From: Lepidodermella squamata
Taxonomy: Eukaryota; Animalia; Gastrotricha
Assembly (NCBI GenBank): GCA_047495785.1
Contig: JBLDXI010000015.1
Coordinates: 1,240,001-1,304,000, forward strand
Reading direction: 5' to 3'
DNA: 64,000 nucleotides
This document shows, piece after piece, positions 12,301-24,300 of the stretch. Below the pieces are notes generated by a model. It was not told the origin of the DNA and ran no database searches. It saw only the letters and a list, made by a program, of their open reading frames with translations. The number at the start of each line of letters is the position of its first letter. Position 1 is the first letter of the stretch. The translations under genes and the position numbers were made by a program.

Positions 12301-15300
12301 CATTGCAAAAAAATCAAATTATCGGCAAATTTTTTTGAAAATTTACGATTATTTCATAATTGTTTCAACTCACTCATTTCCGGGCTGGAAATCCTCTCGA
12401 TCTTGACCGATTTGCCGCTCCTCCATCATGTCATCGCCCTCCTGCTGGTCGTCCGCCTTATCGTCATCGTCCTTGCCAGGAGGTTTATCCAAATCCACCT
12501 CAATCTCCTCGCCCATTTCGTCGGTTTCAGGCGGCGGCAACTCCTGCTCATCTGCACCGCCCTTTTCGTCGCCATCCAGACACAAATCATCGGCCAAGTC
12601 CGCCAAATTGTCCTCGTTATCCTTACCAGGCCGGCCGTCAGCCTCGCCGTCCTTCGGCTCGTCAAACACCCGGTTCGGATCCTCCTCCTCATCCAAATCA
12701 CCCGGGTCAGGGATCCCGGTTTCGCTCTTTTTATTCTTCGAATCGGCCGCTCCGAGTTCGGGCGCGCTTTGATCCTCGCCCTTATCGGTTTTCTTATCAG
12801 ACTCGCGTTTTTTCTCTTCATCTTGCTCTTCATTCTCGTCCTTGTCACCCTGCCAAAATTCGACGTCAACATCCTCAGACGCCTCACTGCCCGCATCGCC
12901 CATTTGCTTATCGAGGCCATCTTTGTCGATTTCATCCGTATTTTCGTCGTCATTTTTGTCTTTCCCATCCTTATCCGGCTTCTTATCATCCTGGATATTC
13001 GCGTCCAAATCATCCGGCATTTCGATGGCGTCATCGTCCGGCTTAACGTAGTCCTCGTCATCACGATCCGGCCGCTGTTCGCCCTGCAAATCTTCGATTT
13101 GGTCCGAACTTTCGATTTTCTTCGACACATCCTTCTGGCCTTGGCCTTCGTCCTCGCCGAAACCACCGTCTTGAATGTCGACCAAATCGCATTTGCCATT
13201 CGGGTCAACTTCCAACTTTTTATCCTTCGATTTAGCCAACGAGGGGAGGCAGAGCCCGTTCGCGAGGAGGGACGCGAATAGCCCGGCGGTTAAATTCGCC
13301 AGTCTCAACTCGGAAATGTGAAGTCGAAGCAATTTCGCAAGAATATCACGGAAAATTAAGGCGGAATACGTGACAAACGGCCGCGATAATTCGAGAATTT
13401 TTGCCGATTTTCGAACGTTGAATAATCGATCGAATTTCATCGATAATTCCGATTCGAATTCTGAGTGCAATTTTCCGATTGCCGAAAATGCGTTTTCATC
13501 AGATTCGAACAATTTCGAACTTTCAGACCGGAAAAACGCGGCAAATCGTGCCAGTTTTTGCTCGAGAACCAGCCAATCACTGACAACATCGAATCGATCG
13601 CTTGATTGATCGGAATCGATTTCGCCCGAATTTTCGAATGATTTTTCAACCGATTTTAGAGACTCAGAAAATTTGGCGAAATGAACGCCATTTTCAGCGA
13701 AAAATTGATGTAAATTCGAGAAAATCTCGCCCAAATTTCGCAACAGATCTTCAGCGCTACAACCAGGTTTGAAGGTTCCGCTGAAATATTGGTCATCTCG
13801 CGATTCGATTTGCTTGATCGAATCGACAACTTCACGCAATTTCGCCTCGATCGGAATCAGCGAATCTTGGTTTATCGATTGATTTAGCGACGGAATTTCG
13901 GCCAAAATCAGTTGTTGGCATGTTTCGAAATTTGGAGCCGCCTTAATCCAATTTTTCAACGTTTCGATCAAAATTGATAAATTCACAGCGATTATCGATA
14001 TCGATGGAATCGGGTGATTTTTCTCTGATTTTTTAGCCGTCGAAAATTCGTTCAACAGCGAATATTGGTCCATGAATTGAGCGATCAATTTGCGCTGAGC
14101 GAAAATTTTCTGAGCCATATCGCCAACTGAACCGCGAGCTCTTTCAACCACCCTCGGCCCGAGGATTTCATGCGGACTGGCCATTAATCGATCAATCAAA
14201 TGAAATCGACCAATTAGTCGCCAATACTTTTGATCGGCATTCGACAGAATTTCACCGATTCCAGCACCCAAATCGATTTTATCGAAGTGAATCGATAGCA
14301 GATCAGCTTCGAGTGATTGCCGAGTCAAATTTCGAACTGTGGTACCCAGGCCGGTTCGGTATGAGATTCCGATATCGGTGATTTTGTGGAATAAATCGGT
14401 CAAAGCGCGCAATTTCCGCTGTTGAAGAGCTTTGACGTTCTTCTCCCACTTCGGCTCGTCCTTCTCGCGGTCACCCAAGGCGACTGAGGACAGCTCGGTG
14501 TAGACTTTCAGGATATGCCGCGATAGATCGTTCAGCGAGTTCGGTAGTTCTGAATCCGAAGATTTCGTTGAAGATACACATCGGTCGTGGGCGACTCGTA
14601 GGAGTTGAGGCCAGGCTGGTAGCGAAGGATTTTGAGCGCTGAATTGCTGGACAGTCTGACTATCGCATCTCGCGACAAACTAAATTAAAGAAATGGGTGA
14701 TTCCATGACTTTGTTGCAAAAATCGACAAAAATAAACTAGCGATAAGGCCAATAAATTATATATTTTCAGAAAGCTCGTAACCTGCACAACACAAATCAA
14801 ATCAAATTTTGTCGAACCTAAAATTTTTTTCCACCTTTATTACGAAATTTGCGAGGTACCTTTTGACAAGCACAATTTTTAGGTTTTGGCTCATTTTTTC
14901 AGCAATTATATTTTGATTTCTAATGCACGCAGCAATCTATTTAAAGTCATAAAATCAAACGTCATATCAAACTGAAGTTTCCCATGAATTTTTTTCCTGA
15001 TCGGGTTAATCTATTATGCTTGTCAAATATGGTCAAAAAATGCACTGTCAAAATGTCTGTCCGCAACAAAAAATATCAATTTTTCCTCCTACTTCCTTTA
15101 TGTGCGCGTAAGAGACCCGTTTTCATTTTTGCTAAGTCATGAAATGGAAGAACTCTCGAATGCGTAATTTTTCAGGGTGGCAGCACCTTTAGATTAGGTC
15201 GAAACACCCGTTGCGGACAGACAAATTATGCTGCGGACAGACGTTGCGGACAGACAGTTTTGGGTAAATAGTAAAGATTGAATAACATTGTTATTATACA

Positions 15301-18300
15301 AATTTCAGCTAACTGCAGCTGTGCAAAATAAACTCATACTAATTGCGCGAAGTAGTTGACAGGCTGATGTCGTAGGCAGGTTGAGGAAATACTTATATTA
15401 TTTTTGCAGCAGTTCACTAGTTTCATGACTGTATGGTAATTTGCCAAAAAGCTTTAAAATTTCATTTTTTGATACCTGGTACCTTGAAGTAACCTCTAGT
15501 AACCTCTAGTATATAAAAAACTTAGAACTTAATATTATGTCATCAACCGCGCGTTCTCAAAAATGCAGAGCGAACTATAGCGAGGAGAAGAAAGCTGAGA
15601 TGAAGCGAAAAAACACGTGAGTTTTGCTCGTCGACTGATTTTTTTTATCACATGCATTTACGTCCATATATAGAATTGCTAGGCGGGAACAACGAGCTCT
15701 GCTCTCCGAAACTAAAAAGAAGAATGTCCGAGTGACAGACAAAACTGCGCGAGCGATATCGCGAGCGAATTCTGCTTGTGCAGCTCTGGAAAACCTAAGT
15801 GTCGGCTCAGAAGAATGTTCTTATGACCGCAGCCGACTCAGCCGCGACCTGAAGAAATTGGAGTCTTCTTTGCCGAAGTCGATTTCTGATGAGAAGAAGA
15901 CTATTCTCGTTAAGAAACTGGCCGAGCGGCATGGAGTCAAGGTCACGAATCCTATCGCAAGAAAACCAGCCAACGCGCTACCTGAAGAAACCAGAGAAAA
16001 AGTCCTTCAATTCTTCCAAACAAACAGCCGCGTATCGCCAAATCATAAAGATGTGATTAAAGTTAACGGTCAAATGATCAGCAAGGCCGATCTCGAGTTG
16101 TACCTGCGGGAAGCCTATGGACAATACTCCGATGAGAATCCTAATAATCCCTTAGGTCAGTCCGAAATTTAATATTTATAGAGTGGTGTATATTTTACAT
16201 ATGCTTTTATATATCAGGAATTTCGAAATTCTCTGAGCTGAGGCCTCCACACATTCGGCTGAAGGGCGATCGCCCAGAGCATGTATGCGTATGTATACAT
16301 CATGAGAACTTTGAAGCTTTACTGAAAGCTGTTCGTCAAGCCGTTCAAGGCTTTCCGACAACTTGCACCGACTTTCTCGCGATGGTTCGTTAATATTAAT
16401 ACTTTGATTGGACGTTTTCGTTATTCTTAAATTTAGGCAGTTTGCGGTGGCACTTCGAAAATGGATCACGAATGCGCCCACGGATTCTGCGAGAACTGTG
16501 GTTTGGTGAAGTTACAGCAATTGCAGGTTTCTACAATACCTCTTAATATCTCCTTCGTTTTTACCTGTTTTTTTCAGGAACGTCTGCTGAACGATAGCAA
16601 TAAAGACGTGGAGTGCGAATTCTTCGAGTGGGAATCGATCGAGCGACAGTATACGACGACTCGGACAGTCAAGGGGACAAAGGAAACATCAACAAAAACC
16701 ACCAAGGTTACTTGTGAATTGTGAAGATGCGACTTGCAGCTAATTTAATCTAATTAAATAGGTCACGGAGAAAGTTGACAAGAAGCTGACTCTTGAGTGT
16801 TTATTCGAGAAAATAAATGGCCAATTTCAACCATTCGCTATCCATTGCTGGGTAAAAGCCCACCAACAAGACACGTTCAATTCGTTGATCGCCGATTCAA
16901 ATGAGACCTCGTGCGTCTTTCAGATCGATTTTGCTGAGAATTTTGCAATTCAGCAACAGGTGATTCAACAATATTAATAAATTTTGATTTGAAAATAATA
17001 ATTTTGGTTGATTTTGTAGTCGGAAGTGCAGTCGGCGCATTGGAACCACCAGCAGGTTACGCTCTTCACCTTCGTAGCTTGGATTGGCGAGGAGAAAGCT
17101 TCCTACGTGGTTGCAAGCGACCGACTTTCGCATGACTCCAACGCGGCCTACTGCTTCCTCCTGAAGGTGCTGACCGATTTGAAACTTCGATACCCAGCTC
17201 TTCGCAAGTTTGACGGGTTTAGCGATGGGGCCAAGATGCATTTCAAGCAGCGTTTCTTCTTGGGCAGCCTCAGCATCTTGGTCCAGGAGCTCGCCCTTGA
17301 AAGCCTCAAGTGGCACTTCTTCGCGTCATATCATGGCAAGGGCGCGCTTCACCACACTGATACACTTCAGCATGGTCGACGATGTGGAAGATGAAGATGA
17401 GGAGGAATTAAATTTCAATCCGAAATCATCTAGCACATTTGTTGAGGAAACAAGGCCCCCTACAAGGAAACGGTTAGTTCAATTGTGTTTAAAATATCAT
17501 GAGGTTAATAATTTGGACCATTCCTTCTTCAGAAGTCGAACTTCCACTGGTAACAAGGCGTCGAGGAAGGCCAGCAGAATGGAGCGAAATCAGTCCGCTG
17601 ACGACAACAATGATTCTCTCCTCGAAATATGTAGCTCCTGCCGTCGCAAGGACCAGCGCAAAGGTCTACAGTGCCAGCACTGCCGCATGATGGACTGCGC
17701 GACTTGCTGCCTCGGTGGTACGATGCCCTACTCCTGCGAACTTTGCAGGGACATTTACGATTAATTCTGACTAATTTTGACTTTTAAACTTGTTGTTTTT
17801 CTGTGTATCAGTGTGGTGAAATGTTGCGGACAGACAGAAGCTTCTTTCAAGGCAACTGTCTGTCCGCAACGTCTGTCCGCAACGTTGTAATTTTAAAATT
17901 AATAAATGCGGTGCTAAGCCATCACTTGAATGTCGCTGCCTAACAATTTTTTTTCAAAGTAGAACTGCTAATCGCTGAATTTTTTATACATTCTCATAGG
18001 GACACGCATCGCCTGACTAGTAACTCTCATAAATATCAAGGGGTCACATTATTGTTGGTTAAAAATGTCTGTCCGCAACGCATTGCTAATACCTCCGCTT
18101 ACTCAGAACCAAGTAAAACTTTTTGGAAGCAGTCGGCATTTTGAATGCAACAGCCGAAAACCATGCATAATAAAAAAAATTACTTCATTTGGAGTCAAAC
18201 TAAAAGTGCTATGCGAGCAAGAATGTCGTAACTTTGTCAATTTTGTCTGTCCGCAACGCGTGGAATCACCCAAATATATGAAAATTAATCATTTCATCCT

Positions 18301-21300
18301 GAATAAATCTTTGTTGAATGACATTGTTCATTCCGTAGTTAAGGATTTATGCCGAATTTTGCATTACCACTTGTATAATAACAAGTAGCACACTAGCACC
18401 TTAAATCAATATATGCATGTAAACAAGAAAACAATAGCTATTCTTAGTTCTCGACTTGTCATAGTTAGGAATTATCTGCCATATGTGTTTTTCCAATAAA
18501 ACATGAACGCTCCCGATGATCGATCTTCTATTGATATTCCGTCGGAACTGGCCTTTACACTCTTCTTTTGTAATGCAATAATCGGCCTTGCTGCTGTAGT
18601 AGCCGTTTTGTTTCTGGTGATAATCATATTATTCACCCTGTTAATCAAGAAAACACTCCTGAAAAGCCGAGCCAATAGCTGTCCGTCCTGTAGCTGTGGA
18701 GGAGGGCACTGGCAGAGGAGGTCCGATTCAATTCGGAGCGAACACGGTGACGAGCTGTTTGTACTACATGACTCAGGCCGTGACGATCCAGACCGCTTCT
18801 TCATTTTCGGCACCCGACGAAGTTTATCGTGGTTGTTTGTATATCGAAACTTGGCAGCGGATGGAAAATTTAAGATGGCGCCAAAATACTTTTTACAGCT
18901 GTTCACTATTCACGTCGTGCTCGCTCTGCGTGCCCGCACTGTTTGGCTTGTTGCCAAATAAATATCGAACAACCTACGACCGTTTCTTTACCGCTGTTCC
19001 TTTTCCTAAGTTAAATGATTAATTTGGACTGACTTGTCGCAGCAATGCACCATGAAATAGGTAAAACTTCAGCGAATGGGTAGACGATCGTTTTCAAATT
19101 GAGCAAAGGATGGATTTATAAATTGATAAAGCTTTACGAAGACTATGAACGTCATCCTCAGCTAATGACGTGTCGCCTCTCTATCACAAAAATGCTGGAG
19201 CTAGGCGACCGAGTGTTGAACTGGGCACAAAGGAGGGCACGTTGGAAGGCAGCACTACTCCATCACCTACAAACTGTTACAGGAGACATTTTTCCTCCCT
19301 GAAGATGTACCGATGAGGTTCTCAAGAGCTCTGTGTTCGCGTCTCAAGGGCACGCCCACTGCCATTGTGGCGTGCAGGGGTGCCAACTGCCGCTGTCGTA
19401 AAAACGAGCTGATTTGCAACAGCAGGTGCCATCCGAGAAAAAATTGCGACAATCTGAACAATTTTTCATTTCGTCATCAAGAGGTTTGCTCAATGCGGCT
19501 GTCGAGTGCATTTGAAAGCCATGACTCGTCGTTAATATTGAACAATCGCCTTCTCAGGCCGTTTATATTCGAGATTGCCAACAACTACGGTGGGCAATTT
19601 TTTCGTTAATGTCTATTGCACGCCGAGTTGTATTAAACCGATGCGGCAGGTCGTGCGCGACTTCATTGACGTCCTGTATGTCCTGGTTGGGCTTCATTCC
19701 TTGCAATCTCATCACCCTCACGCGCTGCGTCTGTGTTTCGACAACACGCCAGCAGGACAACAAAGCCAGACGATGGAACGCATGAACATCACCCTCGTCG
19801 AAAAGAAAACCAGTCCCACCACTAGTGACGAAGTGGCAATTGGCTTATTTTTGGACGAGGAAGGCCGTGAAGAACTAGCGAACTATTACAGAAAAGTCTT
19901 CGAACAGGTTTAATTTATTATTCGAATCGATGGACGACACTTCTTTCCGCAGCAATTCTTTTTTTCCGCAGGAACGCCTCTTTTCCGCAGTAAAAACAAC
20001 TTTTTCTCGCAGCAAAATTAAAAAATGTAATTCTGTATTTTTAATTGTAAAAATTAGTATGATGGGAGTAAAGCGATAACGAATGCTGCCCGCAAAGTCT
20101 TCAAACGTGCTAAACGCCTAATGTGCTGGTTTCACCTTATGAAAATTGTCCACGAAAAGTGGCGAGGCGAACGAAGGCCGAAACTGTATAAGCGAATTGT
20201 TGGTGACTTGAGGGCGCTGCAATTGGCTCGATCGCGTGCAGAATTCAAGAAAGTCGGGTAACTGTTCGTTCAGAAATGGGGCAATCACCGACACGCCGCG
20301 ACATTCGTAAGATTTTTTCGTCGCCGATACCTGAAAGGAGAGTATTCGAGGAGGTATGAGGGTGCGTCCCCATATTCAACGACGAATAACGGCCTCGAGT
20401 CGCGCAATGGCCTGGTTAAGAAGGACTTGAAGCGAGAGCGATTCCATTTGCGCAATCTACTCGTAAAGCTGTTTCTAGAGTTGCTAGAGAACGAATCCAA
20501 GAGCTCGCGACTATTCTATAGCGATGAACCTAAAGCTACATCGACTCCTTTCCGCCAGGCTTGGGTCGCCCTGAAAGTAGCGAAGCTGAACGGCGAACGA
20601 AAGCACCCAAAACCATGCAACAGAGTTTTCAAGTTGGAACATGATCTCTATGTCGCCACTACCCCGGCCGTTCCCGATGGGCATGAAAAAGCGCAAGAGC
20701 GGCGTCGCTATGGCTCGTGGAAGAACTTCGATGAGTATCGCTGGATGAATATCGGGGAACACTACAAAGCCCTTGGTCGCAAATGACTTGCTGGTTCATA
20801 CTTGCTGGCTCATTATCGTTTTCTGTTTGATTGTTGCAATAAAAGTGTTTTTCTAATAGCTTTCTCTCATTTCCTAATTAAAATGCGATTTTTTTATTTT
20901 GCTGCGAAAAAAGTTGTTTTTACTGCGGAAAAGAGGCGTTCCTGCGGAAAAAAAGAATTGCTGCGGAAAAAAGTAATTTGCTGCGGAAAAAGGAATTTGC
21001 TGCGGGATAAAGTATAATTCGAATCGATTAATAGACCAAATATATTTAAAACAAATCGCCCCTGAATTGGAATCCGTGGCGGCCGACCTGTTTTTTAAGC
21101 AAGAAGCTGCAGAACCTTTTAGCCTGGATCGTATATTTCTTCGCATGTGAACTTGGTATTTATCGCCTCGAATTTCGTTTTCCGGTAATTAGAAGCTTCC
21201 ATATAAATTTTTAAGCTAAATAGGAGGCTCCCAGGGTCCTAAATGCCCGAGTAAAAGTCGGTTAACTAGCGGCAAAATTGCGAACTTTTTTTAAAGTGAA

Positions 21301-24300
21301 TTCATCCATTTTTTTTAATTAACACTACCTGGGAGAATCTTCTGTAATTAATCCACGACTTTGCAGAAAAATGAAAAAAAAATTATCGGAGAAAACCCGG
21401 AAAATCCTAATGGTAACTGGTTGGAAAATTTTCGACATTTTACCCAGTTGCACCAAATTTCCCTGGAATGTTTAGATCCCATTGCCATGTGAAATGCTTT
21501 ATTGCTATTCTTGTAGCATTTTGAATTTTTCAAAGGATTTTTTTGCCTTGAGATATAACTTCGCCTTTCATTTTAGAGTTTTGGATTCCTTTTCCGTGTA
21601 TTTTGCTCTTTTGCGTTCCGCTCGATGATCGGCTAAGGCGCTACGGAAGAACGGGATGAACGCGCACGAGGAAGTCGCGGTAAAGGAGACAGACGGCGCG
21701 TGGAGACGAGTCGACAACATCGCGTACGATCCGAAGACGAAGGAAGGCATTGTCATCGACCCAGCCATCCGGATCGAAAAGTCGGCCACCCAGTTTCAGG
21801 AGGTGGACGATGAGAAGAGGGCAATTTACTTGCCCTGCGCTCCGTACCTACTCGAGGTCTACAAACTCAAGTCCACTGAAGTTAACGGGGCTTTCATTGG
21901 CGCCCGAGGCACCGTCACCCGTGGCCTAATTGAACTACTCAAACAACTTGATCTTAACCGTAGCTTACTTAACGATATTGTTCTCAGTGTTACTAAGGAT
22001 TCCTGCAGAATTCTGCATCACCACTTGTATACCAAGTAGATTTTAAGCTCAAGTGTATCTATAAATACAACAACTATGTGTATCTGTACTATAGCTCTTA
22101 GAGTTCTCAAATATTTTGTGTCGTAGGGCAAACAGTTAGATTCTATCTGTCTCAATTTGTTTTTCAATAAAACATGCGTTCTTCTTCTATGGGACACGTT
22201 GTACATTTAAAATTTGATTGTTTTGCCATGTTCAGAAGTTATTCCATTTTGCGCGAAAATGGTGATTTGAATGTTCAAGAAAGTAGTTGATGGAGAAAAC
22301 AATTTTAATCTTAAAAAGGAATTTGATGAGATTTCGGTAAATTTAGCTTCGATCACAATTTTAAAAAATCTTCAACGTTTTATGGCTCGAATAATCTAAA
22401 TATGATTCGGTTTCGAAGGAAATACAATTTTAATCAATAAATAAAGAAAACCAACCAGTTCATGGCTCGGAATTTTCGTCGATTCAACGCTGGATACCTC
22501 CGTGGTTTCCACCTCCTCGGAGAACTGAATCGAATTCGGGTCGAATTCCTGCTGATCCGCGCCACCAGTCGTCGCTGCTTTCATCGGCAACAATCGATCA
22601 GCAGTCAGCACTTTACCAACCGGCGTCACCAAACTCTCGGCGAACAACCGCCGCGCCCGGGCCAGCTTTTTATGCGCCTGGTGCACGGCCGTTTTCACGC
22701 GCCAAAAATTCGCATCATTCCACCGCGAAATTTTAACATACTCCTTCAACTCAGCCTCGATAGGCCGGCGCGAATCAGCGATATATTTCGTAATAATCTC
22801 GCTGAATTGCTCGTAAAACGCCGCGACATTTGATAGAATATTCGAAATCCGCCGCGATTTTTCATCCGAATCGATCAGGGTGGTTAATTTCGCGAGAATC
22901 CTCACAATTTGTAGCCGAGTAGCGAATTCGCCGATTTGCGATGACTCCAAGAATGCGACGCAAGTTTCGCTGAATTGCGGCTCCAATTCGCCGTTGATTT
23001 GTTCGAAAATCACATCGGCAAATTTGAGTAGATTCGGGCAGGCCTGGCCATGCGCGTCCTCCGAAACGCCATCTAACACTTTCGCCCAGGAATCGAGTTG
23101 CTTCTTACGGCCCTCGAGAATCGTCGCGATTAAGGCGGCTAATTCGGGATTTAGCGAATTATCACGACTGGCCGATTGCTCCCAAACTTGAGATTCTTCG
23201 TAAATTCGCTCAAGACCGGCGAGTAATTTAGCCGGCGGGGTGGATTCGGCCGGCATATCGAGGACGTGATCGACGATTTTCGTGATTGTAATCAACTGCG
23301 GATGTTCAGGCCAGTCGCTCAATAATTTCGATAATTTCGCCCTCAGCGCGACCAATTGATCAGCCGTCGATGAATTATCGACAGAACCGAAGTAGAAATC
23401 GAATTTCGGCTTCGATCTGCTTTCGAGGCAGCGATTTGAGGCGAGAACCGCCGACATCAACGCATCTTCATCGGGCAGATTTCGCAATTTTGTCGAATTT
23501 TTATCGAAAATCAACCCGAATAGCAAATCGATGAAGCGATCGCTCGATAATTGATTTTTCGATTTTTCCCCCTCGAATAGATGCGATTTTAGAATATCGA
23601 AAATTTGAGCGCTATCGATGACGTGATTTTCATTATCGCTTTGATTTTTTGAGCTGGATTGAGGTGGTTTTTCAACTTCCATCGAATTGCCGTCATCTTC
23701 TTTTTCGAATTCAGCGTCGTAATCGGGGAATAATTTCTTGACATCAGCTTCGTCCTTTTCTTCGTCGGTAACCGGCCCGTCGCAGTGGGTCTGAACCCGG
23801 TACCGGTACAAACTTTCATTAGCCACTTCTTGCCGACGTCTCTCCTCCGAAATTCGACGCCAAATTTGTAAAATTCGCGAAAACGCGATTAGGAACAATT
23901 TTTTCAACTGATCCGTGAAACGACCAGGTAATTCGGAGAAAAATTTCAGCAGACACGTCATGATTGAAACGTCAAATTGCGAGTCCAATTTCGCGTTGGC
24001 GATCATTTCCAGCAGCCTGGAAATTTGTTTCGGCTCGATTTCAGCCGGGCAGGACATGAAAAGTCGGCTCAGTTCAGCGATGATTCGATCAGATTTCGTC
24101 GCTTGCTCAATTTTAGCCGCATTTTCAGCCTCGAAAACGAAGCGGGACAGTCCGAATTCGGCTAAATTCATCGATAATTGAACCGGAATTAGCAAATCCG
24201 GATAGGCTAGGGCCATTCGCGAAATTTCCCGGCAGGCTGATTGAAGCGACTGTTGGTAAGTTTTCAAATTTCGCGAATTTTTCGACGAGGCAATGATTTT

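Noticed and set aside
12286-13281. 331-aa hydrophobic + strand ORF, and similar ORFs at 9367-10577, 44582-45199 and 6081-6752
   Set aside because: These are antisense shadows of MDN1 exons. D/E/K-rich codons read as hydrophobic residues on the opposite strand.
19575-19913. 112-aa ORF among TE remnants as a host gene
   Set aside because: No recognisable motif, and no phase-compatible downstream exon found.
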